Positions 22,435 through 35,231 of a DNA stretch of 64,000 bases are shown one piece after another. How positions within the stretch are numbered: position 1 is the stretch's first letter; every line of letters begins with the position of its first letter. The translations under genes and the position numbers were made by a program. Below the pieces are notes generated by a model, which saw only the letters and a program-made list of their open reading frames with translations, did no database searches and was not told the DNA's origin. This stretch comes from Haliotis rufescens. Its lineage: Eukaryota. Location of the stretch: contig NW_025963924.1 of NCBI RefSeq assembly GCF_023055435.1, positions 8,680,001-8,744,000 on the forward strand, in the 5' to 3' direction.

Positions 22435-24888
22435 ATGGCAAGTCTACAACCGTCACGGCTCATATTCAAATGTGTATGCTACATCCTACTGATAGCAATG
22501 GTTTATGGTCAGGGTTGTCCCCCTTGCAATTGTACCTACGACCATCATCAAGTATATGTGAACTGCTCCAACCAGAATCTTACAAGCGTTCCCAAGGGTT
22601 TACCAACATCAACCACAATGCTTTTTCTCAATGGAAACAACATAAAGACAATAGGACCAAAAGCATTTTCAACAATGAGAAATCTTCAATATCTATATAT
22701 TGAGAGAAACTCTCTTGTTAGCCTACATGAACTGGCCTTTCATGGTCTTGACAACCTCGTCAATCTGAGCTTAAAACTCAACGATCTAAAACTAAATTCA
22801 AAAACCTACAAAACCAATCTCTTCAAGCCACTACATAAACTTCAGGTTCTTAACATACAGTTCAATCAGATGACAACATGGCCTGGAGATGACAGTCAAC
22901 GTATAGCCTACCCTGATGTTTCGTTTCAATATCTGTCTCAACTTACTCACCTTTACATCGATGGTCATCCAACAGACTTTGGACCAGGATTTGCCAAACT
23001 TATCAAACTTTCTCTTCTCGCCTTCACGCCATACACTAACTATTGCAAACTGACTTTACAAAACTCAACCTTTATAAACGTACCGAATGTGGAATATCTC
23101 TACATGACCTTCTGCCAAATCCGTGAGGTGGAATCCTTAACATTTTCTTCTTTTTATCGTATCCATACAATTGACGTGTCACAAAATTGGGAATTGGGAT
23201 TTCATGAATTTGGCAAGGCAACGTATGGACTCCGTGATTCCTCCATACAAATCCTGAAAATGAACCATATTTCTCCATTATCTGGATCATGTTATCAACT
23301 GCGGAGAAACGATTTTGTTCACTTAAAGAATACCTCACTGCGGGAACTTCACATTTCTGACAATGGACTCATTGACTTCGAAAAAGGAACCATGCTGAAC
23401 TTACCTGAAACTCTAGAGATGCTGGTGGCCAGAAGGAATAGGTTTTACCTTGGTCCATACTTGTCAGAAATGTCTCAAGCAAAGTCACTCCGAATTCTGG
23501 ATATCTCACACATGGAAATATTGGAGAACCCTTCCAGTCGTGTGACAGGGCCGAGTAAATACTTTTTTCCACCAAACCCTCAAGTCTTGAAATTATCATT
23601 CTGTTGCCTGAAATATAGAATCTTTGGCGGTGATGTGATGAAAAACGATTTGAGAAGCATTTCCCTGAACGGTAATTTGTTTACTTCTGTAAGGGGACAG
23701 GTCCATGGTTTTGAAAACGTTGAACATTTTGATTTCTCTGACAATATCTTGGAGTGGCTCGATTCAAGTTTCTTTGCTTTTGTGAAACATCTCAACCTTT
23801 CCAGAAACTTTCTTGGAAATATGATAGATGAAGATGACAAGGGTGATACTTTTAGTCAACTGGTTAACTTGACAGATTTGGATATATCTCAAAACAGAAT
23901 CAAATACTTACCAAAGGCTGTTTTTAGAAATCTTACAAATATACAGTATCTCAGAATAAATAGCAACAGTATAAGAACAATTGATGCTCAAATCAAACAC
24001 TTGTCGCATCTTAAATTATTTGACGTAAGCCATAATGGCCTCCTCAAAATGCCTGTAAACATTCTTCAAGAACTGGACACATTATCACATGTTTCTGTCC
24101 GTCTGAGAGGAAACCCACTTACCTGCATATGCTCTTCCCTCGAATCCCTTCTCTGGATGAACAGACTTGCTGATAACATCGAAGACATGGAATCAATGAC
24201 GTGTCTTATGAAAAATGGGGAGATGAACAATTTGAGAAACCTAGATTCCATAATTATCAATTTGGATAAAGAATGCCGTTCAAGTGGTCTTACTACTGTC
24301 ATGACAATGTCTATTCTCTTGACAATAATGGTCGGAATAGGATTAGGTGCAGGGTATCGACATAGGTGGAAACTGAAATACCTGTACTATGTCGGGAGAA
24401 GAAAGTATCGGGAACTGGAGAATACTGACCAAGATGACCAGGAGTACCAATATGATGCCTTTGTGTCATATGCAGACACAGACAGATGCTTAGTTATAGA
24501 GGGAATGATATCGGAACTGGAAGACAAAGCTGGACTTCGATTGTGCATTCATCATCGGGACTTTCTTCCAGGGGAGGTTATTGCTTCAAACATTGTCAAC
24601 GCAATACAGAACAGCCGCAAGACCTTGATTGTTCTGTCTCCAGCTTTCCTGAAGAGTCACTGGTGTGATTTTGAGTACAACATGGCGCGGATGGAGGGCG
24701 TCTCCAGGAGACAGAACATCGTGCTGGTGGTGCTGTATGAGCCTGTTGACATGAAGGATCTACCCAAGGACATGGCAGTCATGTTGTCCACCAACTGTTA
24801 CTTGGAGTACAACACAGATGTGTATGGCAGTGTTGTATTCTGGAACAGTTTACGTGAATCTATTACCACTGTTAACAAAGTCGACTGA
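22435..24888 (+). CDS. Toll-like receptor, copy 3 (two in-frame ectodomain deletions)
   Basis: 817 aa ORF, closest to copy 2 but lacking 7 aa (STDVRQD) and 3 aa near FAIDNRVK. Confidence 0.94.
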   Translation: MASLQPSRLIFKCVCYILLIAMVYGQGCPPCNCTYDHHQVYVNCSNQNLTSVPKGLPTSTTMLFLNGNNIKTIGPKAFSTMRNLQYLYIERNSLVSLHELAFHGLDNLVNLSLKLNDLKLNSKTYKTNLFKPLHKLQVLNIQFNQMTTWPGDDSQRIAYPDVSFQYLSQLTHLYIDGHPTDFGPGFAKLIKLSLLAFTPYTNYCKLTLQNSTFINVPNVEYLYMTFCQIREVESLTFSSFYRIHTIDVSQNWELGFHEFGKATYGLRDSSIQILKMNHISPLSGSCYQLRRNDFVHLKNTSLRELHISDNGLIDFEKGTMLNLPETLEMLVARRNRFYLGPYLSEMSQAKSLRILDISHMEILENPSSRVTGPSKYFFPPNPQVLKLSFCCLKYRIFGGDVMKNDLRSISLNGNLFTSVRGQVHGFENVEHFDFSDNILEWLDSSFFAFVKHLNLSRNFLGNMIDEDDKGDTFSQLVNLTDLDISQNRIKYLPKAVFRNLTNIQYLRINSNSIRTIDAQIKHLSHLKLFDVSHNGLLKMPVNILQELDTLSHVSVRLRGNPLTCICSSLESLLWMNRLADNIEDMESMTCLMKNGEMNNLRNLDSIIINLDKECRSSGLTTVMTMSILLTIMVGIGLGAGYRHRWKLKYLYYVGRRKYRELENTDQDDQEYQYDAFVSYADTDRCLVIEGMISELEDKAGLRLCIHHRDFLPGEVIASNIVNAIQNSRKTLIVLSPAFLKSHWCDFEYNMARMEGVSRRQNIVLVVLYEPVDMKDLPKDMAVMLSTNCYLEYNTDVYGSVVFWNSLRESITTVNKVD

Positions 24889-27800
24889 GACACAGCAGAT
24901 GTCACTCCTTGATTGAATATAGATTTAGCCATATATTTATGGTGTGCCAAGGCAGTTTATATAGTGTTTAAATACATCACGATCCATACTGTGACACCTT
25001 CTTAAATTAAAGAGCTTTTTTACCACAGCCGACAGTGTTGTCGATCCCTGTCTAAAATTTAACTTGCAGCTTCGAATTTGGTGCATGTGTTTCCTTGTAG
25101 ATTTGGTCCGCCACTATGCTTTTAGATTTCGATACTGCACCCAACTGTAATACAGGTTACTTGCAATGAGAAAATACAGCTAATTATACTCTCTTTTTTA
25201 TTATATGAATTATGTTATGCATATTTGTGATATGATAATTATGAGTCTTAATACTGTTTCAAATAAACTATGTGTACAACAATTATTAAACAGATATTAT
25301 TCTTTCATACAATGTGTGCTGAGTTTTTTATTTGGCCCTGGCGAAGCATGCAAAACAATCATTGTAGTTCACACACATTGCAGATGATATCGTTTATCGT
25401 TGTTAGAAAATAAATACAAACAAAATCTGTAATTCTTCATGGCAGCAGCATTCATCCATTCAACACCATTAACTGTAATCTACGCCTTTGTTTACGATCG
25501 AGTTATTCTGTAAACATAACACAACAGTTCAAAAACTAACTTTAGAATCTTAAGAACTGACCTTGAGGAAACCAGGAACTTTTGTACTAAACAGAAGCAT
25601 TTCTGTCTGTGCTTCAATACATACACCCATTTTCACTGAAAGAAAGAACTAAACAATTATATTTTTCGGACATTCTTTTGTCAAATCCGAGGAATATCTA
25701 ATTTGTTTTAATTTAATTGAACCTTGACACAGCCTTGTACCTTGGAGGTGTAGTTAAAGGTCAAAGGTCAAAGAGCAGCACCTGCTTCCGAGTGTGAAAT
25801 CGGTTCCTCCGGAAGGTTTAATTAAATCTCCATCATCCTCATCCTCATCCTCATCCTCATCTTCATTCTCATCATCATCATCATCATCATCATCATCAAC
25901 ACCTGCATTGGAAGATAGCAGTGTCCTTTGTGTTTGTCTTAGTAAATTACTACAAGTTTCCTTCATTGTCTTTTGGCCAATTTCTGACAGATTTTCCTCG
26001 AACACGTTTCCCATTATTTATCCAAGCTGCACTTTCTTAAAGTTTAACTCATTGTTTCAATAGACCAATGTTAAATGTAAATACATCAGGAAACTGACCT
26101 TACATTAACTATCATTTTCTACTGAATATAGAATTATTTGCATAAACTTTGCATTATTCTTTTTTTAACAATCAATACAAAGTTGCAGGTAGACGAGTGA
26201 ACAGTAAGGGTAATTCAGTTCGTTGTTCTGTGAAATGTTTAACTGCTTAATTGCTTCTCTCAAGAGTATCTTATCATATGTAGTACTACCACATTCTTAG
26301 TTATACAAGTTCCTGTGTTCCGATATCTGTCGAAACTACGCATTTGTGCTATCAGCGTTTCACTTGACTTTAAAACCCAAATACATGTTCATTCCTCTTT
26401 TGTACTGCCCGCAGAAAGAGAGTCAAGCAAATGTTTGTTTGTTGTTTAACGCCGAACTCAGCAATGTTCCAGGTATATGACGGCGGTCTGTAAATAATCG
26501 AGTCTTGACCAGATAATCCACTGACTGATATCAGGAGCATCGATCTACGCGGTTGGGATACGATGACATGCATCAACCAAGTCAGCCAGTCTTACCACCC
26601 GATCCCGTGAGTCACCTCTTACGGACATGCATAGTTGACTCTTACGGCACGCAATGGGTTGGTGAAGATCCCAGCAAATGTACTTCCAAATCCCTGTTAC
26701 AAAGATGAACTATATTCCTCGATATAATTAAGGAAGGGCTATCGTTATATTCACATAACGTATTTGAGACAAGCGGAATTAATACCGTGTGGGTTCTCAA
26801 AAACCTCATTATTCCGAGATTAATAAGAATTATGTGAAATGTGGGGATTGGATGTATAGGCATCCCCATGGGCACCAATTGTGCTCCCCTCCCTGATCTG
26901 TTTCTTTATGCGTGTGAATCGGAATTAGTGCTCGGATTAGCATACTCCAAACAAGGGAATTTGGCCAAGGTGTTTAACTTAACCTCCAGATATATACTAG
27001 TACATGATCTGATAAGCAGAAGTGACAAAACCCTATCCATATTCACAATAAATCTCTGCTAAAAGTTGAGTCGATTATGCGATTCCGACTATACAATGAG
27101 CATGTGTTTATGAATCACTATCATATAGTGATGATACCACGTGTTTGTGAAAAGGTGTTCCTTCAGTAATGGTCAAATAGCCAATTACCTTCCACTAATT
27201 TAGCCACCGGAACTAAACATAAAAGAGACGAGTGAAACCGTCTCCTCTGTTTCCTAATTAGATTAATGCATTGAGGTTCGAACAGACAAAAATATCCACA
27301 GGACTGTATGACAAAAAGGATAATTTCCACTTTCCACCTGTCAACTTTCCCTTTATGTCGAGCAATATTCCAGTATCTCCAGCCTTTGGTGTCTACATTT
27401 CACATTCTACGGTGCAATCGAGCATGCTCTTTCTACCAAGATTTTAAAGATTGTCACACGACTCTTGCTCAAAAGTTCTTTGATCAGGGTACAACATTCA
27501 AAGCTTTCAAAATTCGAAAGGTTTTACGTTAGACACGCGGAGTACATTTAAAAAAATGATGCAGTAGTGACCTAATGATTGCTTTTGCATGTCTTTGTGA
27601 TGGGTGCCACAGGTGGGGAAGGAACAAGTGAGGTCAAGTGAGATTGCGCGTGAGGAATTGGCTCAGTCTTTAAAGAGTTTACTCATACGACTCTTGTTCA
27701 AAACTTGTTTGGTCAGGGTTACAACATTCAAGGCCTCAGTAAAGCTTTCACAATTCAAAAAGGTTTACGGTATGACAAAATGATTGCTTTTGCATGTCTT

Positions 27801-28716
27801 TGTGATGGGTGCCACCGGTGGGGCAGGATACGCTCACCATTTCGCGAACGCTTGGTATCATCACTATTTGATAGTCATTCATAAACACATGCTTATGATA
27901 TCGTCGGAAACGTACACTGGTCTCTTTCTTATGAGGGGCGGTCGGGTAGCTCAGTGGTTAAAGCGTTCGCTCGTCCCGACCCGACATTTGAAGAACATGT
28001 TGCTTATGCCCATGTCACAACGATTGGTTGTTTTATGAAACTGTAAAACGTTCCCATACAGGTCGAGCTTTGCAGTGTTTGTGGAGCAGTGTTAAGACAT
28101 GGCTTAAATCGATAACAACAAGGCTGATTGAATATGTAATGGTGACATTTATTAAATAAGGCTTACAACACAAACTCTTCTTCAGGTTAACATTTCAGTA
28201 TTATGTCATAACTCAATATGCAATGACGTCACTCCTGTATGCAATAAGGTAAACAGGCAATAATAACGACATATAAACTTTCTTTATAGCCCCAAGAAAC
28301 AGTCCATGTTGGTGAAATTAAGAGACACTCTACAACAGAAACTTCAAAATTAGCCATTAAGTTAGAGACAATTGTAAACTATCTAGCCGACAATTGCATT
28401 TGTGCATTATTCTAAAGAATGATTGGTCAATTAAAGCGATATATCAACACAAAATACGATATGACGTCATCGGCAACAATTAAAATTACTGTCGATTCTT
28501 AACTAATTGGTGGTAGTTTCTATTAATACAACATCAAATACTACTTCGTAAATGCCGAATTGTCGGCTGAACTTAAGTGGATTCTCAACCAATGGGTGCT
28601 ATTTAATGATATGCTTTAGAAATAAAAAAACAAAACGCGCATAAACCGATGTACCTGTCTCACATAACAGAAAGCGGTTTCACAGATACTACAGAAATGA
28701 CGAGACAGGAAGTTGG

Positions 28717-28800
28717 TCACCGCCTGCACATTGTTACAGGAACGTGAACATGGTGCAAGATGAAGTCGCTGACACTGCCGAGAAACGTCCTCCGTATCTT
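28717..28800 (-). pseudogene. Second duplicated fragment of the USP last exon (flank from about 28005)
   Basis: Near-identical to 7846-7929, with the same truncation point. Confidence 0.85.
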
Positions 28801-29342
28801 ATGGAATACCAGAATGGGCATTGTCGCCCTTACCAAAAACAAGCAAACCCCGACATTGTGACAATGCGACATTTTGGCCATTTGCCGCAATGTCGCGCTA
28901 TAAATAATCGTTTATACTTTACGAAAGCGTGACAATGCGCGTTGCATTGTCGCCTCATCAAACAATTCAAATATTCAAATACCAGTGGTCTTTTGTTAGT
29001 TCCAATGGATTCTAAAACCATGAATCCCATGTTGTGAGTGGCGACCCTGTGCGTATCATGCGTAACGGTATGTAAAGTATGGTTTGGTGACAAGAACGTA
29101 TCAGAATTGTCGTATTCATCTTCAAAACTGCATGTTTTACAGGCAGGACATGCTTACACCTGATTTTCAGTGATCTATTCCCATAGGTTCCATAGCTATT
29201 TTGCAACTTAGGCACAATGTCTTGTCGGATAATCGAGACTGGGTTTTCTCTAGCGTTGACATTTTTATTTACATTATCTATGTATGATAGATAAACAAGT
29301 AGGGATCAAAAAATTCGTCAGAAAAAAAGATGAGCTTTGGAA

Positions 29343-29485
29343 NNNNNNNNNNNNNNNNNNNNNNNNNNNNNNNNNNNNNNNNNNNNNNNNNNNNNNNNNN
29401 NNNNNNNNNNNNNNNNNNNNNNNNNNNNNNNNNNNNNNNNNNNNNNNNNNNNNNNNNNNNNNNNNNNNNNNNNNNNNNNNNNNNN
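29343..29485. other. Assembly gap
   Basis: Run of N. Confidence 1.
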
Positions 29486-32400
29486 AAACTTTTTAATCAA
29501 AACTTTTTAACCCTAAGGTCAATTTCATATTGTCTATTTCAGGGTTTAAAACCATTTCAAAATATAACCAATCAAAAGACAGTTGACCTAATTACTACGC
29601 ATCCTTATTCAAATACTACGGAATACACTTACATATTAAAAATAATAATGGCCAAATTTGGTCTAATTCCGTTTCTATTCATAAGATTAAGAGCCAGTTC
29701 ACATTCAGCCAATCAAATTATATCATACATTCGATACAAAAGAGCCCTTGCTTCCTTTTTCGAAAAGCACGACAATGCGACAACGTGACAATGCGACTGT
29801 AATGATTACTGCATCTTTAAATATTTTAACGAAGCGCGACAACGCGACAATGCGACAATACGTTTCATCACAATGTGCATTGTTGCATTGTCGCGCCTGT
29901 AATGATTACTGCATATTTTAACAAAGCACGACAACGCGACAATGCGCCATTTCATCAAAAATGCGTTGTCACAGTGTCGCACTTGTAATAATTACTGCAT
30001 ATTTTAACAAAGAACGCCAATGCGACAATGCACCATTTCATCAAAATGACGCGTTGTCGCATTGTACCATTGTCGAGCTTCTAGTAGTTACTGCTTATTT
30101 TGAATATTTAAACAAAACATGATCTATGGTTAAAGATGAATGCACCCAGTGAACCAACTCAGTCCCAACAATTACAAATGCGCATACATACGTCCATGAA
30201 GGAGCTATGTCTGTGAGTTAAAGGTCGTCGGTAAACTGATTTTTTAAAGTATTAAGTCCAATTAAGTGTACAGTAAACGAACTCAAAGGGTTCATTAGTT
30301 TTAGTTCGTTATAAGCATATACACAGCATAACTAAAGCAAATAGTCGGAACAAAAAGTAAGTTCGTTATATCCGTCATTTCGTTAAAAGCGTATACTCTT
30401 AACAGTATTTCAGTTATGGCATGTCAGCTAGATGAGGGAGGAAAGTCGAAAGTCATGTTGGTCCTAAACAAAAAACATAATCAGGACGAATCGGGAATTC
30501 GAACACACGCTCATAGGGTTCTGGCACGTCGAATTCATCGATTTGAGAGAGTGAGCGAGTTTATTTATAATAAAAATAATCCATTTCTATGTCACTTTCT
30601 CCATCCTGAATATCATGCTCGAAGCACATTATTACCCCGGCCATTCTCATCTCCAAGGGAAGTATATATACGACCAAAGCTGCCTGTGATGTGCTGAAAG
30701 GTTAACAGCCACATTGTCATATTAGAGGCTACCCTTTCACTGCTGGCTGAACAGTGGCATATTTCAAACAAAGTCACTTGCCCAAAGTCACACACCACAT
30801 GCCCATGTGTTACGTGTGCTTCGCTGTTGGACAGGACCGAGGCCCTTGAAAAACTCAGGAACGAAGCAGCCGAACACGGTCACCCATCCACTTTACGATT
30901 CCGACTTTATTATAAACATGTGTTTATGATGTACTATAAAATAGTGATGATGTCGTATCCTCGCGAAAAGGTGAGTCTATCCTGCCCCTTCACAAGCACA
31001 CGCAACAGTAAGTCAATTGTTCACCTGAACAAACGCTGGAACATGTCACAAGTCAACAAACGTCAATTCCATCGGACATAATCTTGGCCACTGATGCGTC
31101 AAACTTGGAAATATCTCCCACATGTCTGCCATAAAACATGAGGGCAGAGGGCACGAAGTCGGCACAAGAGCCGATATTTGGCAGTTATATCTTAATTATC
31201 TCAAATATATTTCAAGTCAGTTTTCAGTTCAGTTTTGCAAATGTCCTTGTGTTAAGGTGTAAGGTACAGTATACAATGAGAGTCAAAAATCAAACTATAC
31301 TTCTGAACATACTCAGTGATATATCTCACACTCTACAGACATATGTATGAAAATAACACCACAATGTCAGTGTGAACTGATGGCTGTAACAACACACTGA
31401 ACGTTAACCCATCGGGGCTCAACACAACTTTCTCATTCATATCAGGAATTATCAGCGCTACCTGGGAAAATTTAACTATCTTATAATAAAACACAAAACC
31501 CATCTTGTTGGTGGCAGATTTGACAATAGTCCCCTGCAGGCAACCACAGCTGTTGCTACATGGAAGCGATTTTTTTACTTTAGCTACAAGGGTTAAGTAG
31601 TTCGAGATCGGACTACACTGCCAGCAACAAGGATGTTTAATTTGATTCCAATAGTCAAGTGAACGCGTCTGCATCATTTGGACGTCATTTGTGGTAAGTA
31701 CAAATTAGTCTCTCATACAAACGCTGAAACAAGAAATATCCCAAATCACACAAGCAAACAATACTTTAGAAATCATAAAACGACACCCCAAACATTATTC
31801 TTCAGTAAAACATGTTTATGTGTAATCGTAGCTAAGTCGCCAGACAAATTATCAGTGATTTAGCGGGATCATTCCTGTTTGTAAATAAGTTGATTATGTA
31901 CGCAATAGCAAAAGGCTTTATCATTGTATTACCAGCTCATTAATTTATAATTATAGTTACTGTAATATTAAGGTTGTACCATTTTCATTTGTGAATGCCA
32001 ATACTGTAAGAAGACGAGGGGTGCAAGGTTAGAATGGATCCCCAAGCAGCTTATGTCTGTCGTTAGATGATACTCAGATGAATCGGCTGGTCAGTCTCCG
32101 TACCACGACAGTATATATTGTTATGCTGAGTGCGGCGTAAAACAAAACAAACGAGCACAATAGTTCATTATGTGCACCAACCACGTTGTCTACGTTTGTT
32201 TACTCTTGCATAAGTACCCGATAAAATCTGTAACTGATCACGCTAAATGCTCCAGTTTTGTCATGCAAAATGCTCCAACTCTATTGAGAAAGGCCAATGA
32301 AAAAAATTCATATAACTTTATTAATGACAGAATATATTTCCCAGTTATATGGTTCAAGCACAGGGGTATTGTATCTATATTCCACGTACTCAAAACTACA

Positions 32401-32747
32401 AACTTCTCTTTAAAGGACTTCTGTTCCGACATACTATATCTGGGCATTTTCTTTAATCCAAGTTTATGCAAACATGATGTATTTCATTCCTTATGTTGGA
32501 CCATGGCGACCCATCAATGTAATTCGATGTAATTCACCTCCCTTAACTTGGCCATAATCCACAAGCAGATATTACCAGATAAGCAACGATTATGAATCTA
32601 GTTCAACAAACTGACAGTGGTTACATCTGAATTAAAACATCCCATCAACATATCTTTTCAGAACATATAAAACATCAACGTTAGAGAATGAACAGTTTCG
32701 AATTTCTGCCAAATCAGATTCCATAGGGCGTCACAGCTACTACAACA

Positions 32748-35231
32748 ATGGCAAGTCTACAACCGTCACGGCTCATATTCAAATGTGTATGCTACATCCT
32801 ACTGATAGCAATGGTTTATGGTCAGGGTTGTCCCCCTTGCAATTGTACCTACGACCATCATCAAGTATATGTGAACTGCTCCAACCAGAATCTTACAAGC
32901 GTTCCCAAGGGTTTACCAACATCAACCACAATGCTATTTCTCAATGGAAACAACATAAAGACAATAGGACCAAAAGCATTTTCAACAATGAAAAATCTTC
33001 AATATCTATATATTGAGAGAAACTCTCTTGTTAGCCTACATGAACTGGCCTTTCATGGTCTTAACAACCTCGTCAATCTGAGCTTAAAACTCAACGACCT
33101 CAAACTAAATTCAAAAACCTACAAAACCAATCTCTTCAAGCCACTACATAAACTTCAGGTTCTTAACATACAGTTCAATCAGATGACAACATGGCCTGGA
33201 GATGACAGTCAACGTATAGCCTACCCTGATGCCTCGTTTCAACATCTGTCTCGACTTACTCACCTTTACATCGATGGTCGTCCAACAGACTTTGGACCAG
33301 GATTTGCCAAACTTTTCAAGCTTTCTCTTCTCGCCTTCACGCCATACACTAACTATTGCAAACTGACTTTACAAAACTCAACCTTTATAAACGTACCCAA
33401 TGTGGAATATCTCTACATGACCTACTGCCAAATCAGAGAAGCAGAACCATTAACATTTTCTCCTTTTTATCGTATCCATACACTTGACGTGTCACAAAAT
33501 TGGGAATTGGGATTTCCTGAATTTGCTAAAGCAACGTATGGGCTCCGTGATTCCTCCATACAAATCCTGAAAATGAACGGTATTTCTCCATTATCTGGAT
33601 CTTGTTATCAACTGCGGACAAACGATTTTGTTCACTTAAAGGATACCTCACTGCGAGAACTTCACATTTCTGGCAATGGACTCATTGACTTCGAAAAAGG
33701 AACCATTTTGAACTTACCTGAAACTCTAGAGATGCTGGTGGCCAGATGGAATAGGTTTTACCTTGGTCAATACTTGTTGGAAATGTCTCAAACAAAGTCA
33801 CTCCGAATTCTGGATATCTCACACATGAAAGCATTGAGGAGTACAGACGTCAGACAATATAACCCTTCCACTCATGTGTCAGTACCCAGTATTTTCCCTT
33901 TTCCACCAAACCTTCAAGTCTTGAAATTATCATTCTGTTGCCTGAAATTAAGCTTCATTGGTGGTGATCTGATGAAAAACGATTTGAGAAGCATTTCTCT
34001 GAATGGTAATTTGATTACTTCTGTAAGGGGACAGTCCCATGGTTTTGAAAACGTTGAATATTTTGATTTCTCGAACAATATCTTGGAGTGGCTCGATTCA
34101 AATTTCTATGGTATTGACAATCGTGTGAAATATCTCAACCTTTCCAAAAACTTTCTTGGAAATATGATAGATGAGGATGACAAGGGTAATTCTTTCAGTC
34201 AACTGGTTAACTTGACAGATTTGGATATATCTCAAAACAGAATCAAATACTTACCAAAGGCTATTTTTAGAAATCTTACAAATATACAATATCTCAGAAT
34301 TAATAACAACAGTATAAGAACTATTGATGCTCAAATCAAACACTTGTCGCATCTTAAATTATTTGACGTAAGCCATAATGGCCTCCTCAAAATGCCTGTA
34401 AACATTCTTCAAGAACTGGACACATTATCACAGGTTTCTGTCCGTCTGAGGGGAAACCCACTTACCTGCATATGCTCTTCCCTCGAATCCCTTCGCTGGA
34501 TGAACAGACTTGCTGATAACATCGAAGATATGGAATCAATTACGTGTCTTATGAAAAATGGGAAGATGAACAATTTGAGAAACCTAGATTCCATTATTAT
34601 CAATTTGGATAAAGGATGCCGTTCAAGTGGTCTTACTACTGTCATGACAATGTCTATTCTCTTGATAATAATGGTCGGAATAGGATTAGGAGCAGGGTAT
34701 CGTCATAGGTGGAAACTGAAATACCTGTACTATGTCGGGAGAAGAAAGTATCGGGAACTGGAGAATACTGACCAAGATGACCAGGAGTACCAATATGATG
34801 CCTTTGTGTCATATGCAGACACAGACAGATGCTTGGTTATAGAGGGAATGATATCGGAACTGGAAGACAAAGCTGGACTTCGATTGTGCATTCATCATCG
34901 GGACTTTCTTCCAGGGGAGGTTATTGCTTCAAACATTGTCAACGCAATACAGAACAGCCGCAAGACCTTGATTGTTCTGTCTCCAGCTTTCCTGAAGAGT
35001 CACTGGTGTGATTTTGAGTACAACATGGCGCGGATGGAGGGCGTCTCCAGGAGACAGAACATTGTGCTGGTGGTGCTGTATGAGCCTGTTGACATGAAGG
35101 ATCTACCCAAGGACATGGCAGTCATGTTGTCCACCAACTGTTACTTGGAGTACAACACAGATGTGTATGGCAGTGTTGTATTCTGGGACAGTTTATGTGA
35201 ATCTATTACCACTGTTAATAAAATCGACTGA
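32748..35231 (+). CDS. Toll-like receptor, copy 4
   Basis: 827 aa ORF, LRR-TM-TIR; C-terminus reads FWDSLCE instead of FWNSLRE. Confidence 0.96.
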   Translation: MASLQPSRLIFKCVCYILLIAMVYGQGCPPCNCTYDHHQVYVNCSNQNLTSVPKGLPTSTTMLFLNGNNIKTIGPKAFSTMKNLQYLYIERNSLVSLHELAFHGLNNLVNLSLKLNDLKLNSKTYKTNLFKPLHKLQVLNIQFNQMTTWPGDDSQRIAYPDASFQHLSRLTHLYIDGRPTDFGPGFAKLFKLSLLAFTPYTNYCKLTLQNSTFINVPNVEYLYMTYCQIREAEPLTFSPFYRIHTLDVSQNWELGFPEFAKATYGLRDSSIQILKMNGISPLSGSCYQLRTNDFVHLKDTSLRELHISGNGLIDFEKGTILNLPETLEMLVARWNRFYLGQYLLEMSQTKSLRILDISHMKALRSTDVRQYNPSTHVSVPSIFPFPPNLQVLKLSFCCLKLSFIGGDLMKNDLRSISLNGNLITSVRGQSHGFENVEYFDFSNNILEWLDSNFYGIDNRVKYLNLSKNFLGNMIDEDDKGNSFSQLVNLTDLDISQNRIKYLPKAIFRNLTNIQYLRINNNSIRTIDAQIKHLSHLKLFDVSHNGLLKMPVNILQELDTLSQVSVRLRGNPLTCICSSLESLRWMNRLADNIEDMESITCLMKNGKMNNLRNLDSIIINLDKGCRSSGLTTVMTMSILLIIMVGIGLGAGYRHRWKLKYLYYVGRRKYRELENTDQDDQEYQYDAFVSYADTDRCLVIEGMISELEDKAGLRLCIHHRDFLPGEVIASNIVNAIQNSRKTLIVLSPAFLKSHWCDFEYNMARMEGVSRRQNIVLVVLYEPVDMKDLPKDMAVMLSTNCYLEYNTDVYGSVVFWDSLCESITTVNKID

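Noticed and set aside
25754-26063. Poly-Asp/Glu and poly-Ser ORFs
   Set aside because: Translation of the (TCA)n microsatellite.
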